Virus record (IMG/VR): IMGVR_UViG_3300034069_000595
Span: 27,478-91,477 of that record
DNA length: 64,000 nucleotides
Direction: 5' to 3' (one strand)
Origin: a virus
Below, piece after piece: positions 44,452 through 54,513 of the stretch (position 1 is the stretch's first letter; each line of letters opens with the position of its first letter). The translations under genes were made by a program, and so were the position numbers. Below the pieces are notes generated by a model. That model searched no databases. It had not been told where the DNA came from and saw only the letters and a list, made by a program, of their open reading frames with translations.

Positions 44452-45540
44452 TTAAAAAACGTCTTCTACCGCGCCGTCCGCCTTCGGATCGGTGTCGGAT
44501 TGCTCGGGCGTATCAACTGCATCGGCCTTGTCGTCTTCGGCTTTAGCCTCGGTATCCGCCTCGACCGCGGTGACTTCTGGCTTGGCGGTTTCTACGGGTT
44601 CAGCCTTCTTCCCGGCTTCCACGTTTTTGCTGTCCTTGTTCTCGGTTTTGCCCTTTGCACCGGCGGCCGGGCCGTTCTTTTTGGCACCCTCCTTGGCGGT
44701 CTCGGTGATAGCTGTTGAAGTTTTCGCCGCGGCGCCGTCGTCGTCCTCGGAAGCGCCGAAGTGGTCAGCGATCTTGTCGCCGCCCTTGATGGCGTTGTAG
44801 ATCGCGATCAGGTCGGTCAGCTCGTCGACGTTGGTGCTGTCCAGGGCGTGCCCGAGGTGCGTTTTCAGGATCTCGGTGGTGACGCCCATTTTCGCGAAGG
44901 CGTCAGTCATCTTCTCGACGCGCTGTTTCAGCGATACGCCGTTGCCGCCTGCGATGGTCAGCTTGCAGCGGGCGATCGCGGCCTCGGTGAACGACTTCGG
45001 CACCAGGGCCAGGATCGCACCACGCATCTGCTTGGACGCAACGTTGGCGATCTTGTCGTCGATGTCCTTGCTGTCGCGCAGCTTCTGCGGACCGTTTTTC
45101 GTGTCGCGGAAGTGGTCGACGGTGATCTGGCGGATGCGGCGGTTGTTCTTCTGCTTGTCCCAGGCGTAAACCTCGACCTCGGACTTCCCGTCGCCGCGGG
45201 ACAGCTCACGGTGGCCCCACTCCATGTGCCCATAGGCGCTCGCCACGGCCTCAGCCAGGCGGATGCTCGGGCCGGTGACGGTGCCACCAGCGCGCGGCAC
45301 GGCGTAGGAGGCGACCACCGCGAACTCGTACACGTCGCACTCAGCCATCAGTTCAAGGCGGGCGGCTGCCACGTCACGCGGGAACATCTGCGCGACTTGG
45401 ATCTGACCGCGCGCCTCGGCGATCGCACGCTCCGACTCAATCGCTACAGCGCCAGCGTTCAGGTTGACTGATGGGGAGCGCCCTTGCGCGGCAAGCAGAT
45501 GACCCTGTTGTGCCGTCTGCTGGATTACTTCTTGAGACAT
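44452..45540 (-). CDS. Putative single-strand annealing/recombination protein
   Basis: Y.VPRAGGTVTGPSIRLAE motif; acidic tail; next to a RecE-like exonuclease. Confidence 0.55.
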   Translation of the reverse strand: MSQEVIQQTAQQGHLLAAQGRSPSVNLNAGAVAIESERAIAEARGQIQVAQMFPRDVAAARLELMAECDVYEFAVVASYAVPRAGGTVTGPSIRLAEAVASAYGHMEWGHRELSRGDGKSEVEVYAWDKQKNNRRIRQITVDHFRDTKNGPQKLRDSKDIDDKIANVASKQMRGAILALVPKSFTEAAIARCKLTIAGGNGVSLKQRVEKMTDAFAKMGVTTEILKTHLGHALDSTNVDELTDLIAIYNAIKGGDKIADHFGASEDDDGAAAKTSTAITETAKEGAKKNGPAAGAKGKTENKDSKNVEAGKKAEPVETAKPEVTAVEADTEAKAEDDKADAVDTPEQSDTDPKADGAVEDVF

Positions 45541-45579
45541 GTTTTCACCTTCATTTATTGGTGCGTTGATTATAAATGA

Positions 45580-46965
45580 TTATTCAGCGCTGTCGGTAGC
45601 CTGAATGTTAAAGTCTTCGCCGCTGACTGTAGTGACGAACAACTGCAGCCCGGACTCAAGGATCTGTCTGCGGAATTCGTCGAACGCCTCAGGATCCAGA
45701 CACTCAAGGCGGTCTACGCAGCAGATGCCCAGCTCACCGGCGCGCAACTTGGCGATCTCGACCGCGATCTGGACCTGCTGGGCGGTGTTGAGGCGGTCGA
45801 ACACCACGCCATCGCGGTAGATCTCGCCGTCGATGATTTCCACGCCAGGGATCGGCAGCGACTTCAGCAGCTCCAGCTTGTAGGCGTCGATGTCGTTCAG
45901 CGCCTTCGTCTGGGCCTCTACGTCGCTCTGCAACTCCTCCAGCTCGGACTCCATCTGTTTGACTGTCTCCAGAGCCTGCTCACGCTTGGCATGGGCGCTG
46001 CGATTGGTCTTGATCGACTCCAGCGTCTGGTTCAGCGGCGTGACCTTGTCGGTATGCGCCTGGATGGTCTTCTCGCGCTGAATGCCTGCCTTGCCCTCGA
46101 ACTCAGTGAACGCCTTGTTCAGGGCGTCAACCTCGGCAGTGGACGCAGCCTTGGCCTCATCGATCTCAGCCTGAGCCTTTGCGCGGATGGCGTCGATCGT
46201 CTCCTGCAGGGTGGCGCGCAGGACATCGACCTTTCCCTGGTTCTCGGCGCGCAGACCGTCGAGCTTGTCGCGGACGCGGTTCAGCTCCTTGTCCTTGGCG
46301 ATCGTGGCTGCCTCGACCTGCGCCCGCAGCTCATCCTCGTTCCCCTCGGCGCCACCAGGCACATCGGGCATCGCCAGGCGCAGCTGGTTGATCGTGCTGT
46401 CCTTCTCCTTGACGGCGCGGTTCGTGCCGGTGCGCTCGTCGAACACCTCCTTGCGAACGAAATCGATCAGGGCCAGCCCGCCGATCGAATCGTCCTGGAA
46501 TGGGGGTCGACCGCTGATCTCCTCCAGGCGCTTCAGGTCGACGTTGATCGGCATTGCTTCGAGCAATACCTTCACGCGGTCCTTCTTCGGCGCATCCAGG
46601 AACTCGATCGGGTTCACGCTCAGGGTGTCGGTCAGCTGCTGGATGAACTCGCCCGGCTTGCCGACCTTCTTGCCATCGGCGTCGGTCACGTCCGTGGTGC
46701 TACGGGCCTCGGCGATGCGCTTCTTGATCTCGGAGCCGTCGTCCAGCACCAGCACGATCTCGCCCTTGGTCTCACCCTTGCGCAGCAGCGTGGCGTCATG
46801 ACCCTTGCCGGTCGCCGCCTTGATGGCTTCGAGGACGCTGGTCTTGCCGGTGCCGTTCTTGCCGCGAATGTCGTTGAAGCCGGCCGGGCTAAACTCCAGC
46901 TCGTCAATGCCGAGGATGTTGGAGATTTTCAGGTGCGCAATGCGCAAGTGGTTTTCGGTGGTCAT
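45580..46965 (-). CDS. SbcC/SMC-like AAA ATPase
   Basis: Walker A GKNGTGKTS, long coiled coil, degenerate signature LNTAQQ and Walker B CVDRLE. Confidence 0.85.
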   Translation of the reverse strand: MTTENHLRIAHLKISNILGIDELEFSPAGFNDIRGKNGTGKTSVLEAIKAATGKGHDATLLRKGETKGEIVLVLDDGSEIKKRIAEARSTTDVTDADGKKVGKPGEFIQQLTDTLSVNPIEFLDAPKKDRVKVLLEAMPINVDLKRLEEISGRPPFQDDSIGGLALIDFVRKEVFDERTGTNRAVKEKDSTINQLRLAMPDVPGGAEGNEDELRAQVEAATIAKDKELNRVRDKLDGLRAENQGKVDVLRATLQETIDAIRAKAQAEIDEAKAASTAEVDALNKAFTEFEGKAGIQREKTIQAHTDKVTPLNQTLESIKTNRSAHAKREQALETVKQMESELEELQSDVEAQTKALNDIDAYKLELLKSLPIPGVEIIDGEIYRDGVVFDRLNTAQQVQIAVEIAKLRAGELGICCVDRLECLDPEAFDEFRRQILESGLQLFVTTVSGEDFNIQATDSAE

Positions 46966-46991
46966 GCCTTTTCTTCCTGATTTGATTGGAG

Positions 46992-47957
46992 TTAAGCGGC
47001 TTCTTCGAAGTCGCGATATGCGTAAGGGGGGAGCTGTGCCTGGATGACTTTCCCGCCATCGGCGCCAGGCCAGATGTCGTGCGCCTCGCACCACAGCAGA
47101 CGAGCCAAGTCGCGCTGATACGTCCGGCGGCCGAGTTCGATCTGGTCTGCGGTGAGGAAGTGAACTGCTACGTCGTGCGGGCGCGCCTTCTGAGCAGCAA
47201 CAAACGCGAAGATCTCCGGCGCATCTTTGCCGTAGAGCCCGTAGAGAATGTCCAGATACCAGGCGGCCTGTACGTGGTATCGACGCTGGAAGATCGTGCG
47301 ACCGAAGCCGACCTCGCTGACATCTTCAGTCGTCTTCAGGTCCGGAATGACCAGCCCGTTGGCGCTGATGGCGTCTGTACGGCATTTGCGCAGAACGCCC
47401 TGATCGTCACGCCAGTAGAACGATTGCTCAGTTGCAGCGCCTTTGAGGAGCCCGCCAGCGGTATGGTGGCGCTCGACTGAGCGGAGCATGCCGAGCATGT
47501 TCTTATAGTCGCTCGCAGGGATAGCGATCTTGCCCGCCATCTTTGCCTCATGGTCCTGCTTGAGCAGCATCATGATCTTTTCGCGAGGGTAGCCGGCCTC
47601 CTCGATGAGGCGGCGAGACAGCTCAGCCTTCGTACCGCTGGTAACCAGCATCTCTCTGGCGAGCGCCTGCTTCAGATCGTCAGCGCTATCCAGCGCATTA
47701 GGATGCGCCGAACGATCGAAACCGACCGCGTAGGTCTGCTCGAACGTGCCGGGCTCCAGGATGATCTTGTGCGTGCCGTCACCTACGGCGAAAGCGTGCT
47801 TGTATTCACGTTCTTCGCGGTTCGGATTGACGTATTGATCCCAGTAATTCAGGCCGCTGATCGCGATGGCGTCGAGCTTACTCTTACTGATACCTGGTCC
47901 CGCGTGATACTGCTCGTTGGTTTGCTCAACCAAGCCGAGCGGATGGTCATCGCTCAC
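46992..47957 (-). CDS. RecE/exonuclease VIII-like PD-(D/E)XK nuclease with inserted SAP motif
   Basis: YHAGPGISKSKL, KCRTD, PDLKTT, YHVQAAWY. Confidence 0.85.
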   Translation of the reverse strand: MSDDHPLGLVEQTNEQYHAGPGISKSKLDAIAISGLNYWDQYVNPNREEREYKHAFAVGDGTHKIILEPGTFEQTYAVGFDRSAHPNALDSADDLKQALAREMLVTSGTKAELSRRLIEEAGYPREKIMMLLKQDHEAKMAGKIAIPASDYKNMLGMLRSVERHHTAGGLLKGAATEQSFYWRDDQGVLRKCRTDAISANGLVIPDLKTTEDVSEVGFGRTIFQRRYHVQAAWYLDILYGLYGKDAPEIFAFVAAQKARPHDVAVHFLTADQIELGRRTYQRDLARLLWCEAHDIWPGADGGKVIQAQLPPYAYRDFEEAA

Positions 47958-48100
47958 TGGTGTTTGCCTCGGTGGATGGGTGTGAGGCAAAGGATAGCGT
48001 CAAATTTGAATAACGCGCAAGCATTTACAGGCGCTTTTCACGCGAAGTACCTGAATTGACCGACAGTTACTTGCGATTACCTATAAAAGCTTTCACCCCA

Positions 48101-48118
48101 TTGATCAAATAAGATAAA
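48101..48118. promoter_or_regulatory. Operator copy in the divergent promoter region
   Basis: TTGATCAAATAAGATAAA, 17/18 to the perfect copies. Confidence 0.7.
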
Positions 48119-48149
48119 CTGGCCCGACATTCACTTGGCTGAGACCACC

Positions 48150-48488
48150 ATGAGCGGGCAGAAAACGACAGAAAATAACGGCGCTGAACCACAGGGCTTC
48201 CAGGCGCTCTTTTATGGGCACCTCGATGCTCTGGAGCAGCGCGCTCACGCGGTAGGTCTGACCCTCACCGATATGTGCCGTGACGCCGATGTGGCGCGGG
48301 CGACCCCGGATCGCTGGCGCAAGAAGCTCCCGAAGACGATCCAGAACGTCTGCGACCTGGAAGCCGTCGTGGTGAAGGCCGAGCGCGAGGATGCGAAGGA
48401 CGCCGCGAGGCTCGAAGCCCGCGACCCTGACCAGCCGCCCGCGCCGGACACCCGAGCTGCGCTGCTGGCGGCACGCGCCCGCAACTGA
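48150..48488 (+). CDS. Cro/XRE-like HTH regulator
   Basis: LTLTDMCRDADVARATPDRW helix-turn-helix; first gene of the rightward operon. Confidence 0.6.
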   Translation: MSGQKTTENNGAEPQGFQALFYGHLDALEQRAHAVGLTLTDMCRDADVARATPDRWRKKLPKTIQNVCDLEAVVVKAEREDAKDAARLEARDPDQPPAPDTRAALLAARARN

Positions 48489-48522
48489 CCCCGGTCAACA
48501 TCGACTTTCAAGGTTTTGACCG

Positions 48523-50163
48523 ATGAAAATTACGCCCCGCGACTATCAGCAAGAGCTGATGGATAAAGTGCTGTCGTCATTCCGCTCCGGGAAGCGCTCT
48601 CCGCTTGTTGTTGCGGCGACCGGCGCTGGCAAAACGGTTGTATTCAGTGCCATTGCTTCAAGGGCTGCCAGTAAAGGCAATAAGGTTCTAATCCTTGCCC
48701 ACCGTGACACCCTAATCAAACAGGCCAGCAGCAAGCTGAAGGACTACGAGGTAGGCCACGGCATCATCATGGCGAGCTACACGCCGGATGCCCTCGCCAA
48801 GGTGCAGGTGGCATCGGTTCAGACCCTGGTGCGCCGCCTCGGCAAGATGCGGTTCGTTCCCGACCTGATCATCATCGACGAGGCCCATCTGTCGGCCGCG
48901 AAGTCGTACCTGGCGATCCTCGCGCACTTCGCGAAGGCGCTGGTGATCGGCTTCACCGGTTCGCCCTGCCGTCTCGACAACAAGCCGCTCGGGAAGGAAT
49001 CCGGCGGGATCTACGACGACCTGATCCAGGCCATTTCGATCCGCCAGCTCATTGATCGCGGGTTCCTGGTGCAGCCGACCGTATTCGGCGCCGAGGAAGC
49101 GCTGGATCTGTCCGGCATCAAAAAGAGCATGGGCGACTACAACACCGAGGAGCTGGCGGCGGTCGTCGATAAGCCGAAAATCACCGGTGACGCGGTCAAG
49201 CAGTACCAGAAGATCTGCCCGGGCGCCCCGGCCGTCGCCTGGTGCGTGACCGTCGAGCACGCCCAGCACGTAGCGGACGCCTTCAACGCCAACGGCATCA
49301 AGGCCGTCATGCTGTGTGGCGAGCACGACACCGCGTATCGGGACAAGACGCTGAAGGGGCTGGAGACCGGCGAGGTCCAGATCGTCACCTTCGTCGGCAT
49401 CCTGATCGAGGGCGTGGATTGCCCGGCGATCAGCGCCATCATCCTCCTGCGCCCGACCATGTCACTCGCCAGCTACTTGCAGGTGATCGGCCGTGGCCTG
49501 CGCCCGTACACGCTCCCGAGCGGCGAGAAGAAGTCGGTCTGCTACGTGCTCGACCACGCGGATCTCTGGCGCAAGCACGGGTTCGCGGACGAGGAGCGCG
49601 AGTGGGATCTGAACGGCGAGGTCAAAAAGAAGGGCAAGAAGAAGGACAAGGAGCCCACGGTCGATTTGATCCAGTGCCGCGGCTGCTTCGCGGTGTTCAG
49701 CCCCACCGCCGCTGCCGAAGCGGGCCAGAAGCATGACCTGGCCGGCGAGAAGCGTGGCCCGTGCTGCCCGAACTGCGGCAAGGCGATCGAGGTCAAGGTT
49801 CGCAAGCTGGAGCAGGTCGACGGCGAGCTGACCCAGATCACGCCCGAGATGGTCGAGGCGATGCGCAAGGATACCCGCCGCGAACAGGGTAGCGCACAGA
49901 CGCTAGAGGATCTGAAGGCGCTGGGCGCCAAGCTGGGCCGGTCGCCCAAGTGGGCCGAGCACGTGTTCAACGCTCGCCAGACCAAAAAGCCCAAGCCGAA
50001 ACGCCTGACGGCGCCGCCTCAGATCGAGCTGCCACCGGTACCCACCGATATCGAATTGAACAGCATGACGCTGGAGGAGCTGGAAGGCGTCCGCCTGGCG
50101 CAAGGTTGGCCGCTGTCGTGGCCGGTCGAATACTACAACCAACTTCGCGGCAACGCGTCGTGA
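48523..50163 (+). CDS. SF2 (DEAD/DEAH-like) helicase with C-terminal Zn finger
   Basis: ATGAGKT, DEAH, TGSP, QVIGRGLR; CRGC...CPNC. Confidence 0.92.
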   Translation: MKITPRDYQQELMDKVLSSFRSGKRSPLVVAATGAGKTVVFSAIASRAASKGNKVLILAHRDTLIKQASSKLKDYEVGHGIIMASYTPDALAKVQVASVQTLVRRLGKMRFVPDLIIIDEAHLSAAKSYLAILAHFAKALVIGFTGSPCRLDNKPLGKESGGIYDDLIQAISIRQLIDRGFLVQPTVFGAEEALDLSGIKKSMGDYNTEELAAVVDKPKITGDAVKQYQKICPGAPAVAWCVTVEHAQHVADAFNANGIKAVMLCGEHDTAYRDKTLKGLETGEVQIVTFVGILIEGVDCPAISAIILLRPTMSLASYLQVIGRGLRPYTLPSGEKKSVCYVLDHADLWRKHGFADEEREWDLNGEVKKKGKKKDKEPTVDLIQCRGCFAVFSPTAAAEAGQKHDLAGEKRGPCCPNCGKAIEVKVRKLEQVDGELTQITPEMVEAMRKDTRREQGSAQTLEDLKALGAKLGRSPKWAEHVFNARQTKKPKPKRLTAPPQIELPPVPTDIELNSMTLEELEGVRLAQGWPLSWPVEYYNQLRGNAS

Positions 50164-50219
50164 ACACAAACTGAACCCCACGCCATTTGGCGATGAGTGG
50201 AATAACCGAGGAATAAGCA

Positions 50220-50714
50220 ATGGCTCGTGGTGTAAACAAGGTGATTTTGGTCGGTACGTGCGGCCAGGATCCAGAGGTGAAGTACCTCCCCAACGGCAAC
50301 GCAGTGACCAACCTCAGCCTCGCAACCAGCGAGTCGTGGAAGGACAAGCAGAGCGGGGAGAAGGTCGAGAAGACCGAATGGCACCGCGTGTCGATGTTCG
50401 GCAAGGTCGCCGAGATCGCTGGCGAGTACCTGCGCAAGGGCTCCCAGGTCTACATCGAGGGCAAGCTACAGACCCGCGAGTGGGAGAAGGACGGCATCAA
50501 GCGCTACACGACCGAGATCGTCGTGGACATGCAGGGCACCATGCAGCTGCTCGGCGGCCGGCAGGACAATAACGGCGGCCAGGGTCGTGACAGCAACAAT
50601 CAGCCCTCACAGCGCCCGCAGCAACAGTCGCGCCCGCAGCAGCAAGCTCGGCCACAGCAGCCGCAGAACCCGGCCCCAGACTTCGACAGCTTTGACGACG
50701 ACATTCCGTTCTGA
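50220..50714 (+). CDS. ssb: Single-stranded DNA-binding protein
   Basis: [20 protein letters not shown]...FDDDIPF; closely resembles Pseudomonas SSB. Confidence 0.97.
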   Translation: MARGVNKVILVGTCGQDPEVKYLPNGNAVTNLSLATSESWKDKQSGEKVEKTEWHRVSMFGKVAEIAGEYLRKGSQVYIEGKLQTREWEKDGIKRYTTEIVVDMQGTMQLLGGRQDNNGGQGRDSNNQPSQRPQQQSRPQQQARPQQPQNPAPDFDSFDDDIPF

Positions 50715-50769
50715 CGGGCTGCGCGGGAAAGGATGATGACCAATATCAATGTTGTTGAGGGCGGTACAA

Positions 50770-51216
50770 ATGGCCTCTGAAGGCGCAGTACAAAAGACGA
50801 TCTGGCTCGGCCTCGGCGTGCTCTCCCGCCTGTTCCGACTCAATAGCGGGAAGGCTTACCTCTCGAACCTCGGCCCGGCCGGCGTACAGCGCCTTCAGGA
50901 TGGATCCGTCCTGATCAGGTCGGCGAGAACGGTCAGCCTCGGGATCGCGCTTCCATCTGGAGATCCGGTCAACGGGCAGAGTGACCTGGCTGGCTGGACC
51001 AGCGTCGTCATCACACCCGAGATGGTCGGCAAACGCGTCGCCGTCTTCACCGCCATCGAAACTAAACGATCGAAGGGTGGCAAGATCTCCAGCGACCAGG
51101 TGAACTTTGTGACGCAGGTGGCGGAGCAAGGCGGAATTGCGGGAATCGCCAATAGCTTGGATGCGGCCCGTAAAATTTTTGATGAATGGGCCAACAAAAT
51201 CGGGGCGGTCTTGTAG
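50770..51216 (+). CDS. VRR-NUC nuclease
   Basis: SDLAG, AIETK, Q.NF motifs. Confidence 0.8.
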   Translation: MASEGAVQKTIWLGLGVLSRLFRLNSGKAYLSNLGPAGVQRLQDGSVLIRSARTVSLGIALPSGDPVNGQSDLAGWTSVVITPEMVGKRVAVFTAIETKRSKGGKISSDQVNFVTQVAEQGGIAGIANSLDAARKIFDEWANKIGAVL

Positions 51217-51299
51217 TATCATTTCAACACCGTTTCGACTTTCAAAGAATTAATTGAGTTACAGACTGCAGCATTTCCCGTGCTGTAGTCTCTGAGTTT

Positions 51300-51356
51300 G
51301 GGCTAGGAACAGGTTAGCTACCTGTTCCGAAAAGCGTCTTCTGCGGGCGCCTGCCC
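51300..51356 (+). ncRNA. C4-antisense-like structured RNA
   Basis: GGGCTAGG...TAGCT...CCGAAAAG...CCTGCCC closing stem with two inner hairpins. Confidence 0.5.
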
Positions 51357-51425
51357 ATTTTTTCTATTACGCAGATCGGACAGAGCAGGGTCGGAAAATG
51401 ACAAAGCAACGTGGCAGCGTCGCGT

Positions 51426-54278
51426 ATGAGTGACCACGCCGTTATCCAACAGTTCCTCAAAGCAATGTCAGATCAGGACATCGTTCCTGGCGACAATCTC
51501 AATTTCGACGGCACTCTTGAGCGTTTTTTCGTCGAGGGTGATCGTAAAGGCAGCAAAAACGGTTGGGCCATCCTGCACATCGACAAGAGCCCTGTAGGGC
51601 AGTTCGGCTGCAACAAGCGCTATGGCGACCACAAGTTCGTCTGGAAGGGCGATCGCGACACCAAGCCCATGAGCCCGGCCGAGCGCAAGTCGCAGCAGGA
51701 CGAGTGGGACCGCAAGAAGGCCGAGAAGGCTGCCACCGAGCGCAAGCGTCACGCTGATGCGGCGGCCCGAGCGCAATCGACGTGGGCCGCTTCGGCGCCA
51801 GCGACCAACGACCATCCTTACCTGGTTCGCAAGGGCGTCAAGGCCCATGGGCTGCGCGTGGGTAAGTGGGAGTTCATCAACGATGAGACCGGCGAGATCT
51901 GGAACCTCACCGACAACGCGCTGCTGGTGCCGCTGTGCGACAAGACCCGGGCGATTCACAGCCTGCAGGGCATTTTCCCAGGCAAGATCCTTGGCAAGGG
52001 CGACGGCGCCCGCGACAAGGATTTCCTCAAGCACGGGGCGAAGATCGGCCTGTTCCACGTCATCGGGAAGCCGCAGACGGTCGATGACTGCCTGGTGTTC
52101 ATCCTGTGCGAGGGCTACGCGACGGGCGCCAGCATCCACGAGGCCACAGGCCACTGCGTGCTGGTGTGCTTCGACACGAGCAATCTGCTGCCCGTCGCGG
52201 ACGCGATCCGCGAGAGCAAGCCCGAGGCGATCATCGTCCTGGCGGCCGACAACGACCAATGGACCAGCAAGCCAGTCCAGAACCCCGGCGTGCATTTCGC
52301 CAGCAGAGCAGCTGCGGCTGTCGGTGGGCTCCTGGCCGTTCCCCAGTTCCCCTCAGACCACCCTGACCAGCCTACCGACTTCAACGACCTGGCTGCTCTC
52401 ATGGGGAATGAGGTGGTTGCCGACGTCATTCACGAGGTCATCGCCGCCAACAAGGTCGCTCAGGATGAGCCTGAGCCGGCCGCTGAGGTCATGCCGTGGG
52501 AAGATGGGCCGCCATCGCACCACGAGGACATCCCGCTCCCTGGTGGCTACGACAGCGAACCAGCGGTGCAGCCAGATCCTGAGCCATCGCCAGCCGCTGC
52601 CGTGCCGCCGTCGAAGCCGCTCGATCCGAGCGATGAGCATGATGATGACGAGCTGACCAACAACGGCTACTTCACCATCCTCGGCTACGATCAGGACGAC
52701 TACTTCTTTTTCCAGCACGAGAAACGGCAGGTGCTCGCCCGCAAGTCGGGCCAGTTCAGCGAACCCGGCCTGCAGGAGCTGGCGCCGATCAACTGGTGGG
52801 AGACCTACTTCCCGAGCGAGAAGGGTTTCAGCCGCAAGCAGGCGTTGGAGTTCATTTTCCGCACGGCGAACCGCCGCGGCATCTATGACCCATCCAAGGT
52901 GCGCGGGCGCGGTGCCTGGACTGACAAGGGGCGCGCTGTCTACCACCACGGCGACTACCTTACCGTCGATGGCGTCGAGACGGCGCTGACCAAGATCAAG
53001 TCGGGCTACGTGTACCCGATGGGTCGCAGCATGCCGAGCCTAGCCGATCAGCCCATGAGTGACGAGGAAGGCGGCCACCTGGTGGACGTGGCGAGCTTGG
53101 TTCGATGGAGTACGCCCGGCAGCGCGGCCCTGATGGCTGGCTGGGTCATCCTCGCACCGATATGCGGCGCCCTTGGCTGGCGCCCACACATCTGGCTCAC
53201 CGGCGCGGCCGGCAGCGGTAAATCGACCGTCCAGGGCAAATACTGCGCCGCTCTGGTACGCAACATCGGCCACTACTACTCCGGTGACAGCACCGAGGCC
53301 GGCATCCGGCAGGATCTGAAGGCGGACGCATTGCCGGTGCTCATCGATGAGGCGGAGAGCAACAACGAGCGGGACAAACAGCGCGTCGAGAGCGTCATCG
53401 GCCTGATCCGGAAGACCTCGACCGAGTCGCAGATGAAGACCGCCAAGGGCACTGTGTCCGGCACAAGCCAGCAGTACCAGATCCGGTCCATGTTCTGCCT
53501 GGCCTCGATCAACGTGAACCTGCCCACCAAGGCGGACATCGACCGTCTGACCAAACTGGTCATCAAGGCCCCCAAGGATGTTGGCGAAGACCACTGGCCA
53601 CAGCTGGAAGCCGAGCTGAACAGGATTGATCTGGACGACACCATCTCCAGCCGCTTGCTGGCGCGCTCCCTTCACATGATGCCCACGATCCTGGAGACCG
53701 TGAAGGTGTTCCGGAAGGTGGCGGCGAAGCACTTCGGCAGTCAGCGCGACGGCGACCAGTACGGCACGCTGCTGGCTGGCTGCTGGTGCCTGCAAAAGAG
53801 CTACGTCCCGAGCGATCTGGAGGCCATGGTCCTGATCAAGGGCTACGACTGGAGCGAGCACACTGAGGATGCCGATCAGGACGAAAGCACCAAGGCGATC
53901 GGAGCGCTGCTCAGCGCGAAGATCCGCATGGGCGGCGGCGCTCCGGACCAGACCATCTTCGACCTGGTGCGCGACGCGACCACCTCGTACGGGACCGGGA
54001 AGACCAAGCTCGATGATGCGGTCGACATCCTTCGCCAGCACGGGATCATCGTCGATGCCACGTCCGACAAGCTGATCTTCGGCACCAGCCAACCGAACCT
54101 GACCGCGCTGATCGAGAAGATGTCAGCTATCACCGACCTCCGCGGGCAGCTGCTGCGCGTGAACGGCGCCGAGCGGATGGCTTCCAAGAGCTTCAACGGC
54201 GCGAAGTCGAAGTGTGTATCCATCCCCCTCTCGCCGATCCTTGGCGACCTGAAAGAGCGAGAAGACGAGCCATTCTGA
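51426..54278 (+). CDS. Primase-helicase (Toprim plus P-loop NTPase)
   Basis: CEGYATGAS, AADND, TDFNDL (Toprim); GAAGSGKST and IDEAE (NTPase). Confidence 0.9.
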   Translation: MSDHAVIQQFLKAMSDQDIVPGDNLNFDGTLERFFVEGDRKGSKNGWAILHIDKSPVGQFGCNKRYGDHKFVWKGDRDTKPMSPAERKSQQDEWDRKKAEKAATERKRHADAAARAQSTWAASAPATNDHPYLVRKGVKAHGLRVGKWEFINDETGEIWNLTDNALLVPLCDKTRAIHSLQGIFPGKILGKGDGARDKDFLKHGAKIGLFHVIGKPQTVDDCLVFILCEGYATGASIHEATGHCVLVCFDTSNLLPVADAIRESKPEAIIVLAADNDQWTSKPVQNPGVHFASRAAAAVGGLLAVPQFPSDHPDQPTDFNDLAALMGNEVVADVIHEVIAANKVAQDEPEPAAEVMPWEDGPPSHHEDIPLPGGYDSEPAVQPDPEPSPAAAVPPSKPLDPSDEHDDDELTNNGYFTILGYDQDDYFFFQHEKRQVLARKSGQFSEPGLQELAPINWWETYFPSEKGFSRKQALEFIFRTANRRGIYDPSKVRGRGAWTDKGRAVYHHGDYLTVDGVETALTKIKSGYVYPMGRSMPSLADQPMSDEEGGHLVDVASLVRWSTPGSAALMAGWVILAPICGALGWRPHIWLTGAAGSGKSTVQGKYCAALVRNIGHYYSGDSTEAGIRQDLKADALPVLIDEAESNNERDKQRVESVIGLIRKTSTESQMKTAKGTVSGTSQQYQIRSMFCLASINVNLPTKADIDRLTKLVIKAPKDVGEDHWPQLEAELNRIDLDDTISSRLLARSLHMMPTILETVKVFRKVAAKHFGSQRDGDQYGTLLAGCWCLQKSYVPSDLEAMVLIKGYDWSEHTEDADQDESTKAIGALLSAKIRMGGGAPDQTIFDLVRDATTSYGTGKTKLDDAVDILRQHGIIVDATSDKLIFGTSQPNLTALIEKMSAITDLRGQLLRVNGAERMASKSFNGAKSKCVSIPLSPILGDLKEREDEPF

Positions 54279-54296
54279 CCATCGGCCAGATATGAC

Positions 54297-54320
54297 AAAG
54301 CCCGCAGATGCGGGCTTTTT
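54297..54320. terminator. Bidirectional terminator
   Basis: aaagcccgc-agat-gcgggcttttt. Confidence 0.85.
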
Positions 54321-54333
54321 GCTGGGCAGCGGT

Positions 54334-54513
54334 TCAATCGTTGGGCGTGTGCTTCACGATCCCAAAATCGGCATAGAGATCTTCACGCAGGCCGCAGCAC
54401 GCGCACTCGCGCATGTTCCAGGTGTGGTAAATCACCCATGGGTGCCGCTCGCCAGGTGTGCAGACGCCATCCGGCCGCCACTCCCAGATATCGATATCGT
54501 CGACCGCTTCCAT
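54334..54513 (-). CDS. 59-aa Cys/His protein (MEAVDDIDIWEW...ECACCG)
   Basis: GAGGGG RBS; manually translated. Confidence 0.55.
   Translation of the reverse strand: MEAVDDIDIWEWRPDGVCTPGERHPWVIYHTWNMRECACCGLREDLYADFGIVKHTPND

Noticed and set aside
50584-50600. Late promoter motif inside ssb (GTCGTGAC-AGCA-A-CAA-T)
   Set aside because: Lies within the coding Gln/Asn-rich linker of an early operon and has off-consensus spacing; probably chance. The CCGTGAC match inside the capsid gene near 14693 was rejected likewise.
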